Assembly (NCBI GenBank): GCA_012295275.1
Contig: CM022667.1
Span: 21,328,001 to 21,392,000, forward strand
Length of the DNA: 64,000 nt
DNA from: Chrysomallon squamiferum
Taxonomy: Eukaryota > Animalia > Mollusca
Direction of reading: 5' to 3'
Shown: in pieces, positions 40,079 to 55,100 of the stretch
Layout: each line of letters starts with the position of its first letter
How positions within the stretch are numbered: the first letter of the stretch is position 1
The notes under the pieces: generated by a model
Told to the model about the DNA's origin: nothing
What the model saw: only the letters and a program-made list of their open reading frames with translations
Databases searched by the model: none
Position numbers and translations under genes: made by a program

Positions 40079-43000
40079 GTAGTTAGGGGTGAAGGTCTAG
40101 CGAGTAATACTGCTACGTTTCCGCGGCGTTGTACAGTGTTGACCTGACAACCACGTTTCCCTTGAACAGTAGCAGCTTGTGAGGTACGGTGTAATGATCT
40201 TAATGTGTAAACCTCGATCGTCGATCCCAGTTTGTTGTGAAAGTCTCTCTGTTAGTGAATGATATCTATGACAACCTGAAGAACCAACTGAAAATCCCGC
40301 ACCATGCATAAAAGCTGTTCTGCCGCATTCTTGTGATGTCAGTACTGGTATTGTAATAACTTTTTGTCAAATAAAGCAACAGTCGGTAGATCATGAAAGT
40401 CACGTTATCTGTATATTTTAAGAAAACGTGATATTGTTTTGGCGATGCACACTTGTTGTGATTTATCGATAAAGTGCATTATTTTAATGCCCTGACTGTA
40501 AACTGATAAGCAACAGAATTTACATTAGCAAATTTTTATGTGTTTTCACATAAGACTGAAAAAAAGAAAAAGAAGAAAACAGAACGTGGTACTGAATCCG
40601 TGGTTCTGTGTGATACTACTGCAGCTGTTCCAGCACACACAATCTCAACACAGCGATATGAAAACATTTCACAGCAACTGCTAGTACTAATGTAACTACT
40701 AAACCTGTAACACCTGCATTAGTAGCTGAACTTCTGCATCAGTCAGTATTACCAAACCATTTTAAATACTATTATTACTTGTATTACTACTACTTTCACC
40801 AGTACTACTATACAACCTTTAGAAAAATAAATAATATTACCACTAACGCAAACATTATAGTAATATTACTCACATGGTATAGTTAAAAAAATAAATGTAT
40901 TTTTGAAGGAAAAAACAAAATTGTTCCTATATCTCCTAACCTGAAGGATGAAATATATAAAAATTATAAATTTAATAATAAATAAAATTAGACAGAATAG
41001 GTTGATAAATAGGTGTAACATTAAGTTCACTGACGTCACTGAAATAGCTTTTCTAATAGATTAACTTCTGCGATGAAATAATTAACACATTCAGACAAGC
41101 AAACAACGAGTGGTCATTTTGCTGCTGTTTCCTGTTAATTACCAGTCTAGAGCTGAAATATAACACTAATTACAGTTCCTGACCTGCATCAAAAATGTGT
41201 CCACGGTACACGAAAAATTTCAGTCATTTCAAGTTAAATTTAATGTTCAAATATGTGATTCTGTTAACTAAGAACAACATTGTTTTCCCAGTTTTATCTC
41301 TCAGCTGATATATATATATATATATAAAACGGAATGTCTGTTTCATGCACAAATATCAGTTTTAAAAATACATGTATTTCATTCAATTGATAAAACTTTT
41401 ATTTCTTTTATAAAGTTATGAATGCATGGATAGGATACATTTCTTTACCGGAATGTAATTTCATATTTAAAAAAAAAAACAAAACAAACAAAAAAAAGAA
41501 AGACAATACGCCTTTACTTGAACAAAAATAAATATAGATTCATCAACTGATAATATAAAAAAAGTCCGTTCTTGATACGTATTCCACAGTATAACGCTCT
41601 CAAAACAAACCAGCGTTTTGAATGTGCAGGTCCACGTTAGTTAATAGCTTTTCTTAATCATTACTTGTTTTATCATCGTCCTGCAGTTAGTGTTGAATAC
41701 ATTATTTACATGACAACAGGAAAACAAAACAACTTTAAAAAAATGTATTATGGTTATTAGCTATTTAAACGATAACCATGCCTCATTCTGTTTCAGACGA
41801 GATTTACACAGATTATTCTGCTTTAACGTCTTATGTTATAAGTGATGTAACAGAGAAAGAAAAAAAAAGAATAGAAAAAAAATTATTTTGAGAGAGAGAG
41901 ATAGAGAAATAATTTATACTCCGTGTAAAATACAGAGTACATTATTAGCGTTTTACATCCTGAGTTTATTTTTATCACATACTTTCTTGCCTGTCTATTT
42001 ACTCAAAAAAGAAATTTAATTTTATTTGTTTTATTAAAATCAGTTTCTAAAGCGTGGATAATTTGGTTGAAAATCGAAACCACTGAATCAGTCCTAATTC
42101 TTTTACCGATGGCTAACCTCAGTCGAGACAGGTAACGCTCCGGTAATGATTGTTGTCTGAAATGTCAGCAGATTAGATTATTATTTTTCTAACAGTTGTG
42201 TTAAAATATTCGACATTTAAAGCGCCACGGCTGATGAAAAAAAGACGTCTACAATTTAGAAGTGAAAAACTAAATTTTGGAAGACTAATGAAATTCTTCA
42301 GTAATTCAGCAGGGATATTAACCTACTTGTGGTAAACTTGTTTCTGGGGCAAGTGGCGCAGACGTGTAAAGAATCCTTCAGAAAACGATTTTTTCTCTTT
42401 TCAGTCTTATCTCTGAAATGAATACAGAATCGTTTTAAAAACACGATGCAAGGACCAACATCCGATATCTGTAACCGTTTACGATGTATACAGGAATATT
42501 TTACTACATGGTTGTTTGTCAGAGAGGTCATCAAATTGTTAGATGAGAAATCAGCCAAATTAAATCTGTAATCATATTGCTCAGATAAACTATCAAGCAT
42601 ACTTACAACTATTACTAGATTTATAACTAATCCAGTTCTTCTATACTACTACATCTGCAGCGTAAAAAACAACTATTACTATTATTACGAAAATAATTAC
42701 TACATCAGCTGCAATTACAACTACAACTACATTTCTATATGTAACGTGACAATTACACGCAAATTTCTGTAATAATTATAATTACTACCGCAAATATATC
42801 TATTTCTGTACTTCAACTACCATGACTACGTATTTGTTATCACCTTAACACTACTCTCACTATTCCTATTACCACAACTACCGCTATCATAACTACAATT
42901 ATTCCTACTAGTAATACTTTTATTCTTACTACTATTCAGTATTACTGTAATACACTTAAATCATTTATTTTTATCTGCATATATCTTAATTTTATAATCA

Positions 43001-43375
43001 GAGATCAGTAACACGTACGTTTTTCAATATCTTCTGGATAAATATAAAATTCGGATTCAGATAATTTATATCATTTGTGTTAAATCTGACAAGTGTATAA
43101 ACGCGTACACATTTTCTAAAGTAATTGGCAATTTTGAACAGAACGCTAAAAAGGTGTCGCTGTTGATGTCGATATTTCGTCAGAACACTGATATATTGTA
43201 AACGTGGCTGTTCAGCCTGACAGTATACAATTTTGGACTCTGTTTTTAACTTGTCTTCAGTGATATTTCGTATGTTCGTCTAATTAGTGAGTTAAGTCCA
43301 GAAGTCGTAACTAACTCTCTACTGTCCTACCAAACTCACTCGAAAGTCACAGCAAATTGTACCAAATTTTACCGA

Positions 43376-43828
43376 TCTAGATACCAGTACATGTATATAT
43401 CATTATACGGTCTAGATACCAGTACATGTATATATCATTATACGGTCTAGATACCAGTACATGTATATATCATTATACGGTCTAGATAAAAGTACGTGTA
43501 TATATCATTATACGGTCTTGATACCAGTACGTGTATATATCATTATACGGTCTTGATACCAGTACGTGTATATATCATTATACGGTCTTGAAACCAGTAC
43601 GTGTATATATCATTATACGGTCTAGATATCAGTACATGTATATATCATTATACGGTCTTGATACCAGTACGTGTATATATCATTATACGGTCTTGATACC
43701 AGTACGTGTATATATCATTATACGGTCTAGATATCAGTACATGTATATATCGTTATACGGTCTTGATACCAGTACGTGTATATATATATAAAAATATATA
43801 TATCATTATACGGTCTTGATTCCAGTAC

Positions 43829-43862
<34 letters not shown>

Positions 43863-44014
43863 TTATACGGTCTAGATATCAAAACGTGTGTGTATATATA
43901 TATACACCAGTACGTGTATAAATATATATATATATCATTATACAGTCTAGATATCAGTACGTGTATATATATATATATATATCATTATACGGTCTAGATT
44001 CCAGTACGTCAGTG

Positions 44015-44045
<31 letters not shown>

Positions 44046-44331
44046 CATTATACAGTCTAGATATCAGTACGTGTATGTATATGTATGTATGTATATATGT
44101 ATGTATGTATGGTATATATATATATATATATATCATTATACGGTCTAGATATCAAAACGTGTGTGTATATATATATACAAAAATATATATATCATTATAC
44201 AGTCTAGATATCAAAACATGTATATATCGTTATATATATACCAGTACGTGTATATATATATATATATATATATCATTATACAGTCTAGTATATATATATC
44301 AGTACGTGTATAAATATATATATATATCATT

Positions 44332-44373
<42 letters not shown>

Positions 44374-44456
44374 TTATACGGTCTAGATTCCAGTACGTCA
44401 GTGTATGTGTATATATATATATATCATTATACAGTCTAGATATCAGTACGTGTATG

Positions 44457-44488
<32 letters not shown>

Positions 44489-44594
44489 TGTATATATATA
44501 TATCATTATACGGTCTAGATATCAAAACGTGTGTGTATATATATATACACCAGTACTGTATAAATATATCATTATACAGTCTAGATATCAGTAC

Positions 44595-44658
<64 letters not shown>

Positions 44659-45330
44659 TTATACAGTCTAGATATCAGTACTTGTATATATATATATATA
44701 TCATTATACGGTCTAGATTCCAGTACGTCAGTGTATGTGTATATATATATATATATCATTATACAGTCTAGATATCAGTACGTGTATGTATATGTATGTA
44801 TGTATGTATGTAGGTATGTATGTATGTATGTATATATATATATATATATATTATTTTACGGTCTTGATTCCAGTACATGTATATATCATTATACGGTCTA
44901 GATACCAGTACATGTATATATCATTATACGGTCTAGATATCAGTACATGTTTATATCATTATACGGTCTAGATATCAGTACATGTTTATATCATTATACG
45001 GTCTAGATACCAGTACATGTATATATCATTATACGGTCTAGATACCAGTACGTGTATATATATCATTATACGGTCTAAATACCAATACGTGTATATATCA
45101 TTATACGGTCTAGATACAAGTACGTGTATATATATCATTATACGGTCTAAATACCAATACGTGTATATATCATTATACGGTCTAGATACAAGTATGTTCT
45201 AAATACCAATACGTATATTATCATTATACGGTCTAAATACCAATACGTGTATTATCAGTATACGGTCTTGATACCAATACGTGTATTATCAGTATACGGT
45301 CTTGATACCGGTACATGTATATATCATTAT
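43376..45330. repeat. 35-bp minisatellite with internal (TA)n/(TATG)n expansions
   Basis: Unit tctagataccagtacatgtatatatcattatacgg. Regular at both edges; expanded and higher-order in the centre. Confidence 0.95.
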
Positions 45331-45398
45331 ATGATTAAGATATCAGTACATATAATTTAGACACAAGTATATATCATTTTAGATACAGGTATATTAAT

Positions 45399-45545
45399 TA
45401 GTCCGAGGATACTCTGGCGAAGAACAGCTCAGACGACATTTGGATGGATATCGCTGGTTCTTCGCCAGAGATAGTTTTATATCGTTATTTGGCTAATCTT
45501 CGTGAACCGTATCGTCATTTTAGATCGGTCATTTTCGATTTCATA
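45399..45545. mobile_element. Partial second copy (one terminus) of the 39294-40078 element family
   Basis: tagtccgaggatactctggcgaagaacagctcagacgacatttggatggatatcgctggttcttcgccagag matches 39331-39382, and tttagatcggtca (about 45519) is the revcomp of 39899-39911. Confidence 0.6.
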
Positions 45546-47765
45546 GAAAGGTACCATATAGTTTTATATACACACTACAAAAACAAACCCAACATCCCAG
45601 TTATGAATCACGGATTCGGAGATCATCGGATACGTTTGAATCATAATGGTCGTCTGACTAACACGTGAAATGCCTACTTTTTTCATTTCGCCCTTTTTAG
45701 GCCACATAATACAATAAACTGTGTCACTAAAGTTAATATCCACATCAATGTAAGTGGAATGGACATGACATAGTATGTTTTGTTATTTTTCCATACTTTA
45801 TGTTAGTTTGCCATGAAGAAACATTCTTTGGATAATACAAATCTTTCTAAAAACGTCGATATCAAATAAAAGAAATACATCCAGCTTGTCAGTTATCAAA
45901 TATTTAAAAAAAAAAAAAAAAAAAAAAAAGAACGTCTGGCAAAAGTTTCAAAATCATCCTCTACCTCTGCTAAAAGTCCACACAGTTCCTTCTTTTCCTT
46001 ATTTTCTTTCTTTTTTTAATTTTGTTTAAATTTTTAATTTTTTCACACACTTCATTCTTGGTGTTCTTCCACTGAGATTTTACATTTTCCGATAGCATCC
46101 AGGTTTGACCAGTATCCCATGTTGATAGACTCTATTTATATTGGCATCCTTCCTAACAGTCTTAGCCTTTGGTAATAACAGTTTTGTTTAGTGCTGTTGT
46201 AGGTCTATTCTGGCTCTGAGTAAGTTCAGTTTCAGTATCAACTGAATCTTCTAAGGGCATTCTAAGCTGTACTTTCCAGTACTCTTTTTTTCATTTCCTT
46301 CATGCGGTGCTCTTTTATGATGCCATATTTTCGTGACTGCTCACCCTCGTCAGTTTCTCAAAAGCTTCGCTTTGTTTTTTCCCACAGGAGTCCTTCTTGG
46401 TTTTCCTATGCACTGCCTTCCTTTTCAGCCTTTGCCCGTCTACATCATCGTTTCCTCAACTTGTCATCCTTTCACTGCTTTCTCTTTTTCCTAAATGTTA
46501 TTACTTTTTCTCTTTATCTTGTTCAGATGGTTTCGCTTCTGTATCCTTTCACTTAAATTTATTTGGTTATTCAAGATGTTCGTTCAACTTTACTGGTGGC
46601 CGTCAACAGTAGAAGGCTAGGCTGTCACCATGGGCTACTACTGTACTATAACAGCCCCATTATTGCTGTAGAATGTTGATTTACCAGTTTCTGAGATTTA
46701 TTTCACACAAATTAGCTCAGGTCTTTTGAAAAACTGAAGCCCAGGTTTCTATTTAAATGAGAAAATAGGGCTCTGCACTGCGAAGAAGTCAACAACAAGA
46801 TCTCAGAATATTATAAGGGCATTTCCTTTTGTTTTACTTGGGCAGTTAGAGAATAATATGCTAGCATTCAAAGAAATTTACCAGGTAAGTGCATACTGAG
46901 TCACACACTCAGTGTTCATCAGACAAGGGTGCCAGGAAGCTGTATTATTTTTGTCAGACCTCTCTGTATGTTATCCATGGTTAAATACGAAAACTAAGAT
47001 GGATTGGCTCTGTATAAAAAAATTAATTAAGATAACATCTTATTTCATTACATACTTTATTGTGTATAAATAAATGAAATTAGCAAACTGGTAATTTCTG
47101 TTACCTGTGTGACATGATCTGTAGTTAAATGATTGCCATTAAGGCCATTTGGCTCTCAATACAAACAAAGTCATTCAGCTACAATATAGCATCTTATTTC
47201 ATTATAAGTTTGGTTACAAATACCTGAAAGTCTTTCCATTGTTGTATCTGGTACTTATGTCGCATGTGTGTGACATTTCTGGTGACGGGATCCTTATTTC
47301 CCCTTGCTACAAATTAACAAGAAGATTAATCATTTGACTTTTAGTAATAGCTATTGGTTCAAGCTACCCTTTTTCATATTTTTGCAACTCTTACTTTTTA
47401 AAATAAATTAGTGATAGACGTGACATAAACGACTGAATGTTTGTTTTTTTCGATGATTTATAACACAATGTTGTTGTTGTTTTTTTTGTTCTTTTTTATT
47501 ATATGTTTATTCAGTTTCACTTCTGGACTTCAACACAGGACGGTATGCATAACATAAAAATTCTAAAGATATAGTTAGTTTGTTGTTTACTATTTGTACT
47601 GTGATAACTAGTATCAGGAAAACCGTGCCCACTTTGAAAATAGCGCGATCTTCAAAAGTCGATTACTCCGCAGTGAACAACTAGCCTTAGCACTTGTGTT
47701 TTACAGAAGAAAAAAAATGAGACACCTTCCTGCCAGTCTTGGTTCTAATTTAAGAAAATTTAGAT

Positions 47766-48112
47766 TCTAGGGCATTTACCCCCTGGATATTCCCCCGTCA
47801 ATTCCCCGGTTATTTCCCCCTGATTATTTCCTCCCTCCTGCCTACCATGATCTCTTGTTCAGATTAACTGGATATAAAAAAATAATTTTATGTAATATAA
47901 ATTGTTTATTTGAACATTTCATATTGCGTACTGTTTTGGACACACTTTACATCTGGAGGTTGTGAGCAACACCACGGAGGAAGTCCGCGCGATCTCTGTT
48001 GCCGTCGTCTCTGACCAGACTGAAGCCCCGGGGTAACGTCTCTGAAGACGCGACGTGTGGTGGGAGGGGGAATTGACTGGGGGGAACATCCGGGTGGAAA
48101 TGCCGTGACACC
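47766..48112. mobile_element. MITE with C-tract/G-tract TIRs (about 350 bp)
   Basis: Left ggcatttaccccctggatattcccccgtcaattcccc versus revcomp of right ggcatttccacccggatgttccccccagtcaattcccc. Confidence 0.7.
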
Positions 48113-48382
48113 GAAAATGTTGAGCAAAATTGAAATGTTCTATTTTTCTTGATTTCACTTATATATCTATATCTATATCTATTTCTATCTGTCAGTATAT
48201 ATATGCAAAGGTGTAGTTACAATTAATAATGCAGCTGATTAAAAAAAATAACATGATCTCTGTTTGGATTCTAATATTAGTTACAGAATTTGAATTTGAG
48301 AAACTGTCATTTTTAATCTTTGCCATTGATAAAGTCGACTGCTTTAGCATCGCATGTCGTAATCCCCCATCCTGGCTCAGCT

Positions 48383-48562
48383 GTGTATTTTTGTAATATG
48401 TGTATTTCTGTAATATGTATATTTTTGTAATATGTATATTTTTGTAATATGTGTATTTCTGTAATATGTGTATTTCTGTAATATGTATATTTTTGTAATA
48501 TGTGTATTTCTGTAATATGTGTATTTCTGTAATATGTGTATTTTTGTAATATGTATGTTTTT
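48383..48562. repeat. 17-bp minisatellite, about 10 copies
   Basis: Unit tgtaatatgtgtattt(c/t). Confidence 0.92.
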
Positions 48563-51500
48563 GCACCTCTCAACAAGACTGAATCACAATAGTAAACAAA
48601 TGCAATATTGACGAATAATTTGATAATATTATTAGGGCGATTGATAGTTCAGCTTAAAAATCTATTTGTACAACCATTACACATTGTTCGTTTATATTTT
48701 TTCAATGGACATAAAAATTAACAGTTACTAGAATATTACTAGGATATTCACGTTATGTAATAATCACAAAAACTGCCTCAATTCACATTTATTGTCTCCA
48801 GTTATGTACCAGTCACAAAAATAACATTTTAAGTTTATTCTTATTACATAAACATGTACCTATGTATTTGTTTGTTATAATAACAGTTTAATTTATCTTC
48901 AGTCAAAGTGGACACTTTATGCTTTGATTACGTGTGTTTTATCAATGAAAAGGACATTATTACAAAGAAAATTACTGTAAATTACATTTTACTTTTGCTG
49001 GGTCATCATCGTTTTGGCTTATATGAAAAAAAAACAGGTTGTTAGAGGATCGACATCTTAACCACAAACAAGAAGAATAAATAATAACGTTTAATCACAG
49101 TAAATAAAACTACAATAACATTAAATAATGCTTTTAAAATATGCAAATATTTCTGGACTTCTATATTTAAATGTCGGCTGCAATAAATAATATGAACGAT
49201 GAGAACACAAAAATGTTCAGTCTGCTAAAAATTTGAAATAAACAAGTGAATGTTAGACGCTACGAGTTGAATTCACATAAAATAATTTCTGTAAGATTCA
49301 ATTAAGAAAAGGAGCACGATCGGAAATCGACTTCAGAATGATGATTATCAGATTTAACCACGAAGCATCGATAACCCGAACCACGAAGAATCGATAACTC
49401 GAATTATAAATATATATAAACAGACGAGAAAAACCTTTTTTTAAACAAATGATTATTACTATTTATTTTTATTATTTTGGTATATATCTTCGTTTTTGTT
49501 ATTTCTGTGAATGTTAAAATGTGGCAATAATAATAAAAATACTGATAATGATAATGAACAACTGAGTTAGAAAGTAAAATGATAATGTATCTCATGTAAG
49601 TTCAGATAGATACACAAACATCATAATAACAGCAAAATCACCCAGCATATTGTGATTACTTCAACACTAACAACCAACCAGTGCCATGTTCCCCATTGTT
49701 TCTTAATATTATCCATCATCTGGTTAATCTGATTTGAGGTGATCGTTTTGCGTGTGACCAGGAAGCGCTTGTGCAGACCACTGAATACTGAAGCATTTAA
49801 AAATCACTGAGGGATTCGCATCCACTGAACTGTCAGATATAATAAAATTAGTTGCGATTAATTATCAGATCAGTTTCCTGTTTATGTAAAACTCTGTAAA
49901 GAAAATTCATATTAGATTTTAGAGTTTTCTTTTCATACAGAGGGGTGTTGTTGTTTTTAGTGGGTTTTTTTTATTTTTTATTAGTTTATTTTTTTTAGAT
50001 ATAAAAGGTGAATTTTGTACAGTTTGTTCTGTAACAAGTTTATACTGAATAGCAAAAACGATATACGAATACATACACACCACTACATACACACATGCAT
50101 ACCTACACATATACACACAGATACATACATGAAAAAAACCTAATCGTCACATACAGAAAAAGCAGCAGTTATCAATACTAGTTATGTAAACAATAATATT
50201 ATTTTAAAGGTCGACCATTACTCATCCGGCAATCACTAAGGCGGGAAACTTTTTGGCTGACGTCATTTCAAATGTCCTGTTTTAGCGCACGAACTTAGCT
50301 TTAAAAAGCGCTTCTTGCTGTCGGCGAACTTGCAAACATAGGCAGCCATTGCAATTTGTATTTCACCATTTACTGTTATAATCTGCCACTTTTAACCCTA
50401 ACCAAGCTTTCAGCGAATAAAGGAAATGCTGCTCGCTGCGTAAAGCTCTTCCCTGCACATTGTCTACATTGAATTGACACCTTATGTTTTTATGCATGTG
50501 GCTGTGTGTAAATGTATGTATGTATGTATGTGTATGGCTATGTATGTGTATATGTATGAGTGTTTGTTTCTATTCTACACATTTCAAATTAGTCGTATTT
50601 GCTGACAAAGCTACTACAGTTAATGAACACCAAGAAGGTTTGAGGCAGATCGATTTAATCTGAAGTCAGATTAATTATCCAGCACTGTTAGTCTCGATAA
50701 GAACAAAAGCCCGTCGTCAGAACTGATATCCTAGAAGTCAGTAATACGTCATCACGTGTTAAATGAACTGTGTTGACTGTTTTAAAAACTGTTATGAAGA
50801 AAAATGCACATACACGGATGCACGCACATATCACAGCGAGAAAAACCATGCGGTGCTGGAAATGGTAGAATTAGAATTTTCTTTTTTTCTTTTATTATTT
50901 TATTTTTTAAATAAGAAAAATATGAAAAGAAAAGAAAAAAGAAGGAAAAAGTTAAAGATAAAAAATAATAATAATAAAACCAACAAAACAAAAAAAAAAA
51001 AAAAAAAAAAAAATAATAATAACGAATCACAATAAAAATTAATCCTTACAGGATGAAATTATTATAACAAAAACAATATTTTCAAGAGAGGAAATAATAA
51101 CTGTGATTATTTATATTATTTATTTTTATTTTTAAAACTTTAAATTTTTCTTCCATCATTTTGCAATCAACAATTATATCGATTTTGAACAACATGAAAC
51201 AAAAAACGTTAGCATTTTCAGTGTGTATTTTTATATACAGGCAGAAAGATAACAGGTATTTCGACTGATATTTTATTATTATATCTGATTTATCGAGAGA
51301 AACTGGAGAAAATTATAACTTTACGCATGTACAGGGTAAGACTACGTGCAAGAGATCTAGAGCTGTCACGAGAAAGCCGCGGCTCGAGGTGTTTTCAGAA
51401 AGTCACGAGGAAAATAACACTCATTAGTTCTGCGGCCCGCCTCATCTTGAAAAAGGTTGACCTGATATCACCTACATATGACTTTCAGTCGTTGTTGTCT

Positions 51501-51639
51501 TGGTCTGAACTGAAGTCAAATATTCACGACGTGAAAGTTTTAAGTCGTTACCATTTAGTAATTTTCACACGATTTGTCTTGTAATGAAATCGACTTTCCT
51601 TAAGCGGTGTCGGCCTGCTAGAGCAGGAAAAAATAATTG

Positions 51640-52196
51640 TTCACCCCAGAAATAGCAGAAAGTTCTGTGGACGTTGTTTTTTTTTTTTTTTATATAATTG
51701 TTTCACCATCATAATTAGCAGGTATGTATTTGAAGGTCAAAAACATCTGTGGACTTTTTGTTTTAAAATTATTGCTTCACCCCATAAATAGCACGCATAT
51801 ATTTGAACGTCAAAAAGATGTGGACGTTGGCAAAAAAACAAAAAAAAAGTTTCACCCTATAAACATCACGTATGTATTTGAAGGTCAAAAAGATGTGGAC
51901 GTTGGTAAAAAAAAGAAAAAAGTTTCACCCCTATAAACAATACGTATGTGTTTGAAGGTCAAAAAGATGTGGACGTTGGTAAAAAAAGAAAAAAGTTTCA
52001 CCCTATAAACAATACGTATGTGTTTGAAGGTCAAAAAGATGTGGACGTTGGTAAAAAAAGAAAAAAGTTTCACCCTATAAACAATACGTATGTGTTTGAA
52101 GGTCAAAAAGATGTGGACGTTGGTAAAAAAAGAAAAAAGTTTCACCCTATAAACAATACGTATGTGTTTGAAGGTCAAAAAGCTCTGTGGACGTTG
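51640..52196. repeat. 72-bp tandem repeat, about 7-8 copies with a divergence gradient
   Basis: Unit tttcaccctataaacaatacgtatgtgtttgaaggtcaaaaagatgtggacgttggtaaaaaaagaaaaaag. The 3' copies are identical and the 5' copies are diverged. Confidence 0.92.
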
Positions 52197-55100
52197 ACTA
52201 CAAGTGTATGTTCCACTGTAGGAACAGCGTGAAATTGCTCCATCAATCACTGACACAGGGTAATTTACGTTGTTTTGTTATCTCATTTCAGTCGAGAAAT
52301 ATTAACAAATACATTTAGTATGAAAACAATGGTTGATGCATCGATCTGTAATGTGTTTGTCGAAATTGATCTTTCATTTTACTCCTTTTCTTTTTAATAC
52401 AATAAACATATTGATTTTTCTCTGATTTATTTGTTTATATAATCACAAAGCTGAATGAAAACTGAAATTCTGCCATTATACACAGAATCTTTGTGGTTTT
52501 TGTTAGGCTTTAGACACTTTATTTATTTATTTGTTGGTTTGTTTGTTTGGTTTGTTGTTTGTTTGTTTGCTTAGGGCTTTGGTTTTTAAATAAAAGCTTG
52601 TTGTAGTAACAGTAGCTTATTTAATTTAAGCCGGATCGCTCTAAAGCATAAAGTACATACAATATTATTAATAATAATCAGCATAAACATAAAGAGGATG
52701 TATATTTGCACGATGGACAAATATACAAGTGCTTTAAACAGTTACCAAGGTTACAGAGTTCTTTTCAATTCTGAACAGACAGTAATTGTACTAATATAAA
52801 AACAATACCGATGTCTTAACAAGTAGTATTTTTTACACACAATATGCAAAGATTCACTATGTCCGTTCAATACCTTCTTTTTCAGTGAATAGCTGCTGCG
52901 ATGAAACACGAAGTTTTGAGATAAACAGCAATGATATCCTCAGATAATGTTATGAACACAAATTACCTTAAAATACCTTAAAATATAATATTTTGGTGAA
53001 ACGTTCAACACTTTGTCTGTTTCTAGAATACAGATAAGTGTATGTGAACAATTTTGATAAATATTAAATAACTTGCTGATTAAGCCTTGCACCTCCAAAT
53101 TCCAAAGAAAATAATAAATATTTTGCATGGTATAGTCATTCAAAAGATTCCTGATATTCTAGCATATCATCATATATTGGTTTTAAGATACAGTTTATTT
53201 TTTATTCTTAAAGCTTCAACCAATATTTAACAATTCTTACTTTACATATTACACGCAGAGGCAATTTTCCTATTTCTCTTAATACAGCTGGATTCATTGT
53301 ACATTTTTTCACATTCGATATCATTTTACAAAAATCAATGCGAAATTTTATTACATTATGAAATAAGTAATAGTGGTGGATGTGATGATGGTGGTTGTGG
53401 TAGTAGCAGTAATAACTTAATCAGAAATAGTGAAACAGTAGTGTTTATTTAGAAATAGCGGTTCTTGTAATATAAGCAGTTTTCTAGATGTGATAGTACT
53501 GATAAGCGTACTATTACTAGTTGTTGCTATACCACTAATAATAATTGTAGCAAATTAAAATGGTAACTAGCAGTAATGGTAATAGGAGTAACAGTCGCAT
53601 TTATGTTTATAAATTAGCATGATCAGAAAATTAATAGAAATACACTTAAATGGTTTGAATAGAAGAACGCATTATTTTTCAGTTCTAAAGTTTTAACAGT
53701 TACTTAAAATCATGAAACCTTACATCAAAATGAAACCAGATTAAAACTTGTTAAACAGTGAAACTATTTTCATAAGGCGTAACAAAAATAAAAAATAAAA
53801 ACGAGAGAACAAGAATATCATTCAGATGTCGACATCAGCAACTACAATTTCATTAAAGTGTAGACAACAGTAAGAAAATATACTTTAATGTTGCTGATGT
53901 TTTACTGGCACAAAAAAAAAAAAAGTAACAGTAATAAAATAAATCTTGGTAAAACTGACGTCTGGGGACAGTCATGTCGAGACGTTTGATTACTGGAGTG
54001 AGTGACTGATCACTGCAGTCCTAGAACATAATCTAATTATTAGTACAACTCTACTCATGTGACGCGCAGTCCTTTCACCCCAGACAGTTGTCCAGAATTT
54101 AAAACTGTCTATGATGATTTGCATTGTTATTGTTGTTGTTGTTTGTTTGTTGTTGTGTCGTTGCTTTTTTTCTTTTTCTTTTGTGACTTCAACTTGACAT
54201 TTACTGGATGATCATTGATTTTAGACTAGTTACAAGACAGCGAATCCATTGTAAATCGTCAGTGGCTTCAGAATAATTTTAAATATCTGAGAAAGTTAAG
54301 TTATTAAATTTCGTTCATGGTCTTGGTCGGTCATTAAAATGCTTTTATCCTGACAGCAGTAAACACATAACTTTCTTTGAACACGTAACTTCATTTTAAT
54401 ATCAGCGAACAAAATGCAACAACTGTCACAGTTAGGTAACAGTTTTCCATTAACTTTCATTCTCAAACTAAATTATAATTGGTAATCTTCTATAGCCATT
54501 TCACTTTCACTCCAAGCGTAAATATTTATTTAAGACATCAGACAATCTTTAAAGCAGCGTTTGTTGGTTTTCGATGTAACATCCAGGGTTTGTTTCAGTG
54601 TGACATAAAACAGATTTGGACATGCTTATTCAGGGGGTACTTTGCCAATGCAAGGGAAATAACTCTTTTTAAATAGCCTTGTAGAACAGCGCAGCTCTGT
54701 GATCAAAGTAAGAATTATTTTCATTTTATTTATATCACGCTAAGTACATCAGAAAAAACAAACAGATAAACCTTTATTAGAATGCTAAGAAAATAAAAAT
54801 AAAAACAAAAACAAAAACAAAACAAAGAAAAACAACAGTGATAATAATAATTTTTAAATCGTCTTGATTTCAATGCTGTCATTAAAACTATCAAATCAGT
54901 TTGTTGCTGCTGTTCATAAGGCCATAGGAGTTAGCTGCCCTTGATTATTATTTATTTGTTTATTTATATTATTTAAATCTTTCCTCTTATTTTTATTTTT
55001 AAAAAGATCTGTTGAACAGATCAACGGTAAAGAATCATGGTACCAAGGTGTGTGCGTGCGTGCCTACGTATATGTATATGTATATATGTCTGGATGGGTA

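Noticed and set aside
49357-49403. 23-bp direct duplication accacgaag(c/a)atcgataac(c/t)cga
   Set aside because: Simple two-copy tandem duplication with no further structure.
51724-52256. ORFs with a 24-aa repeat (FEGQKDVDVGKKRKKFHPINNTYV)
   Set aside because: By-product of a 72-bp tandem unit that is open on both strands; the frame breaks in the diverged copies and there are no splice or start signals.
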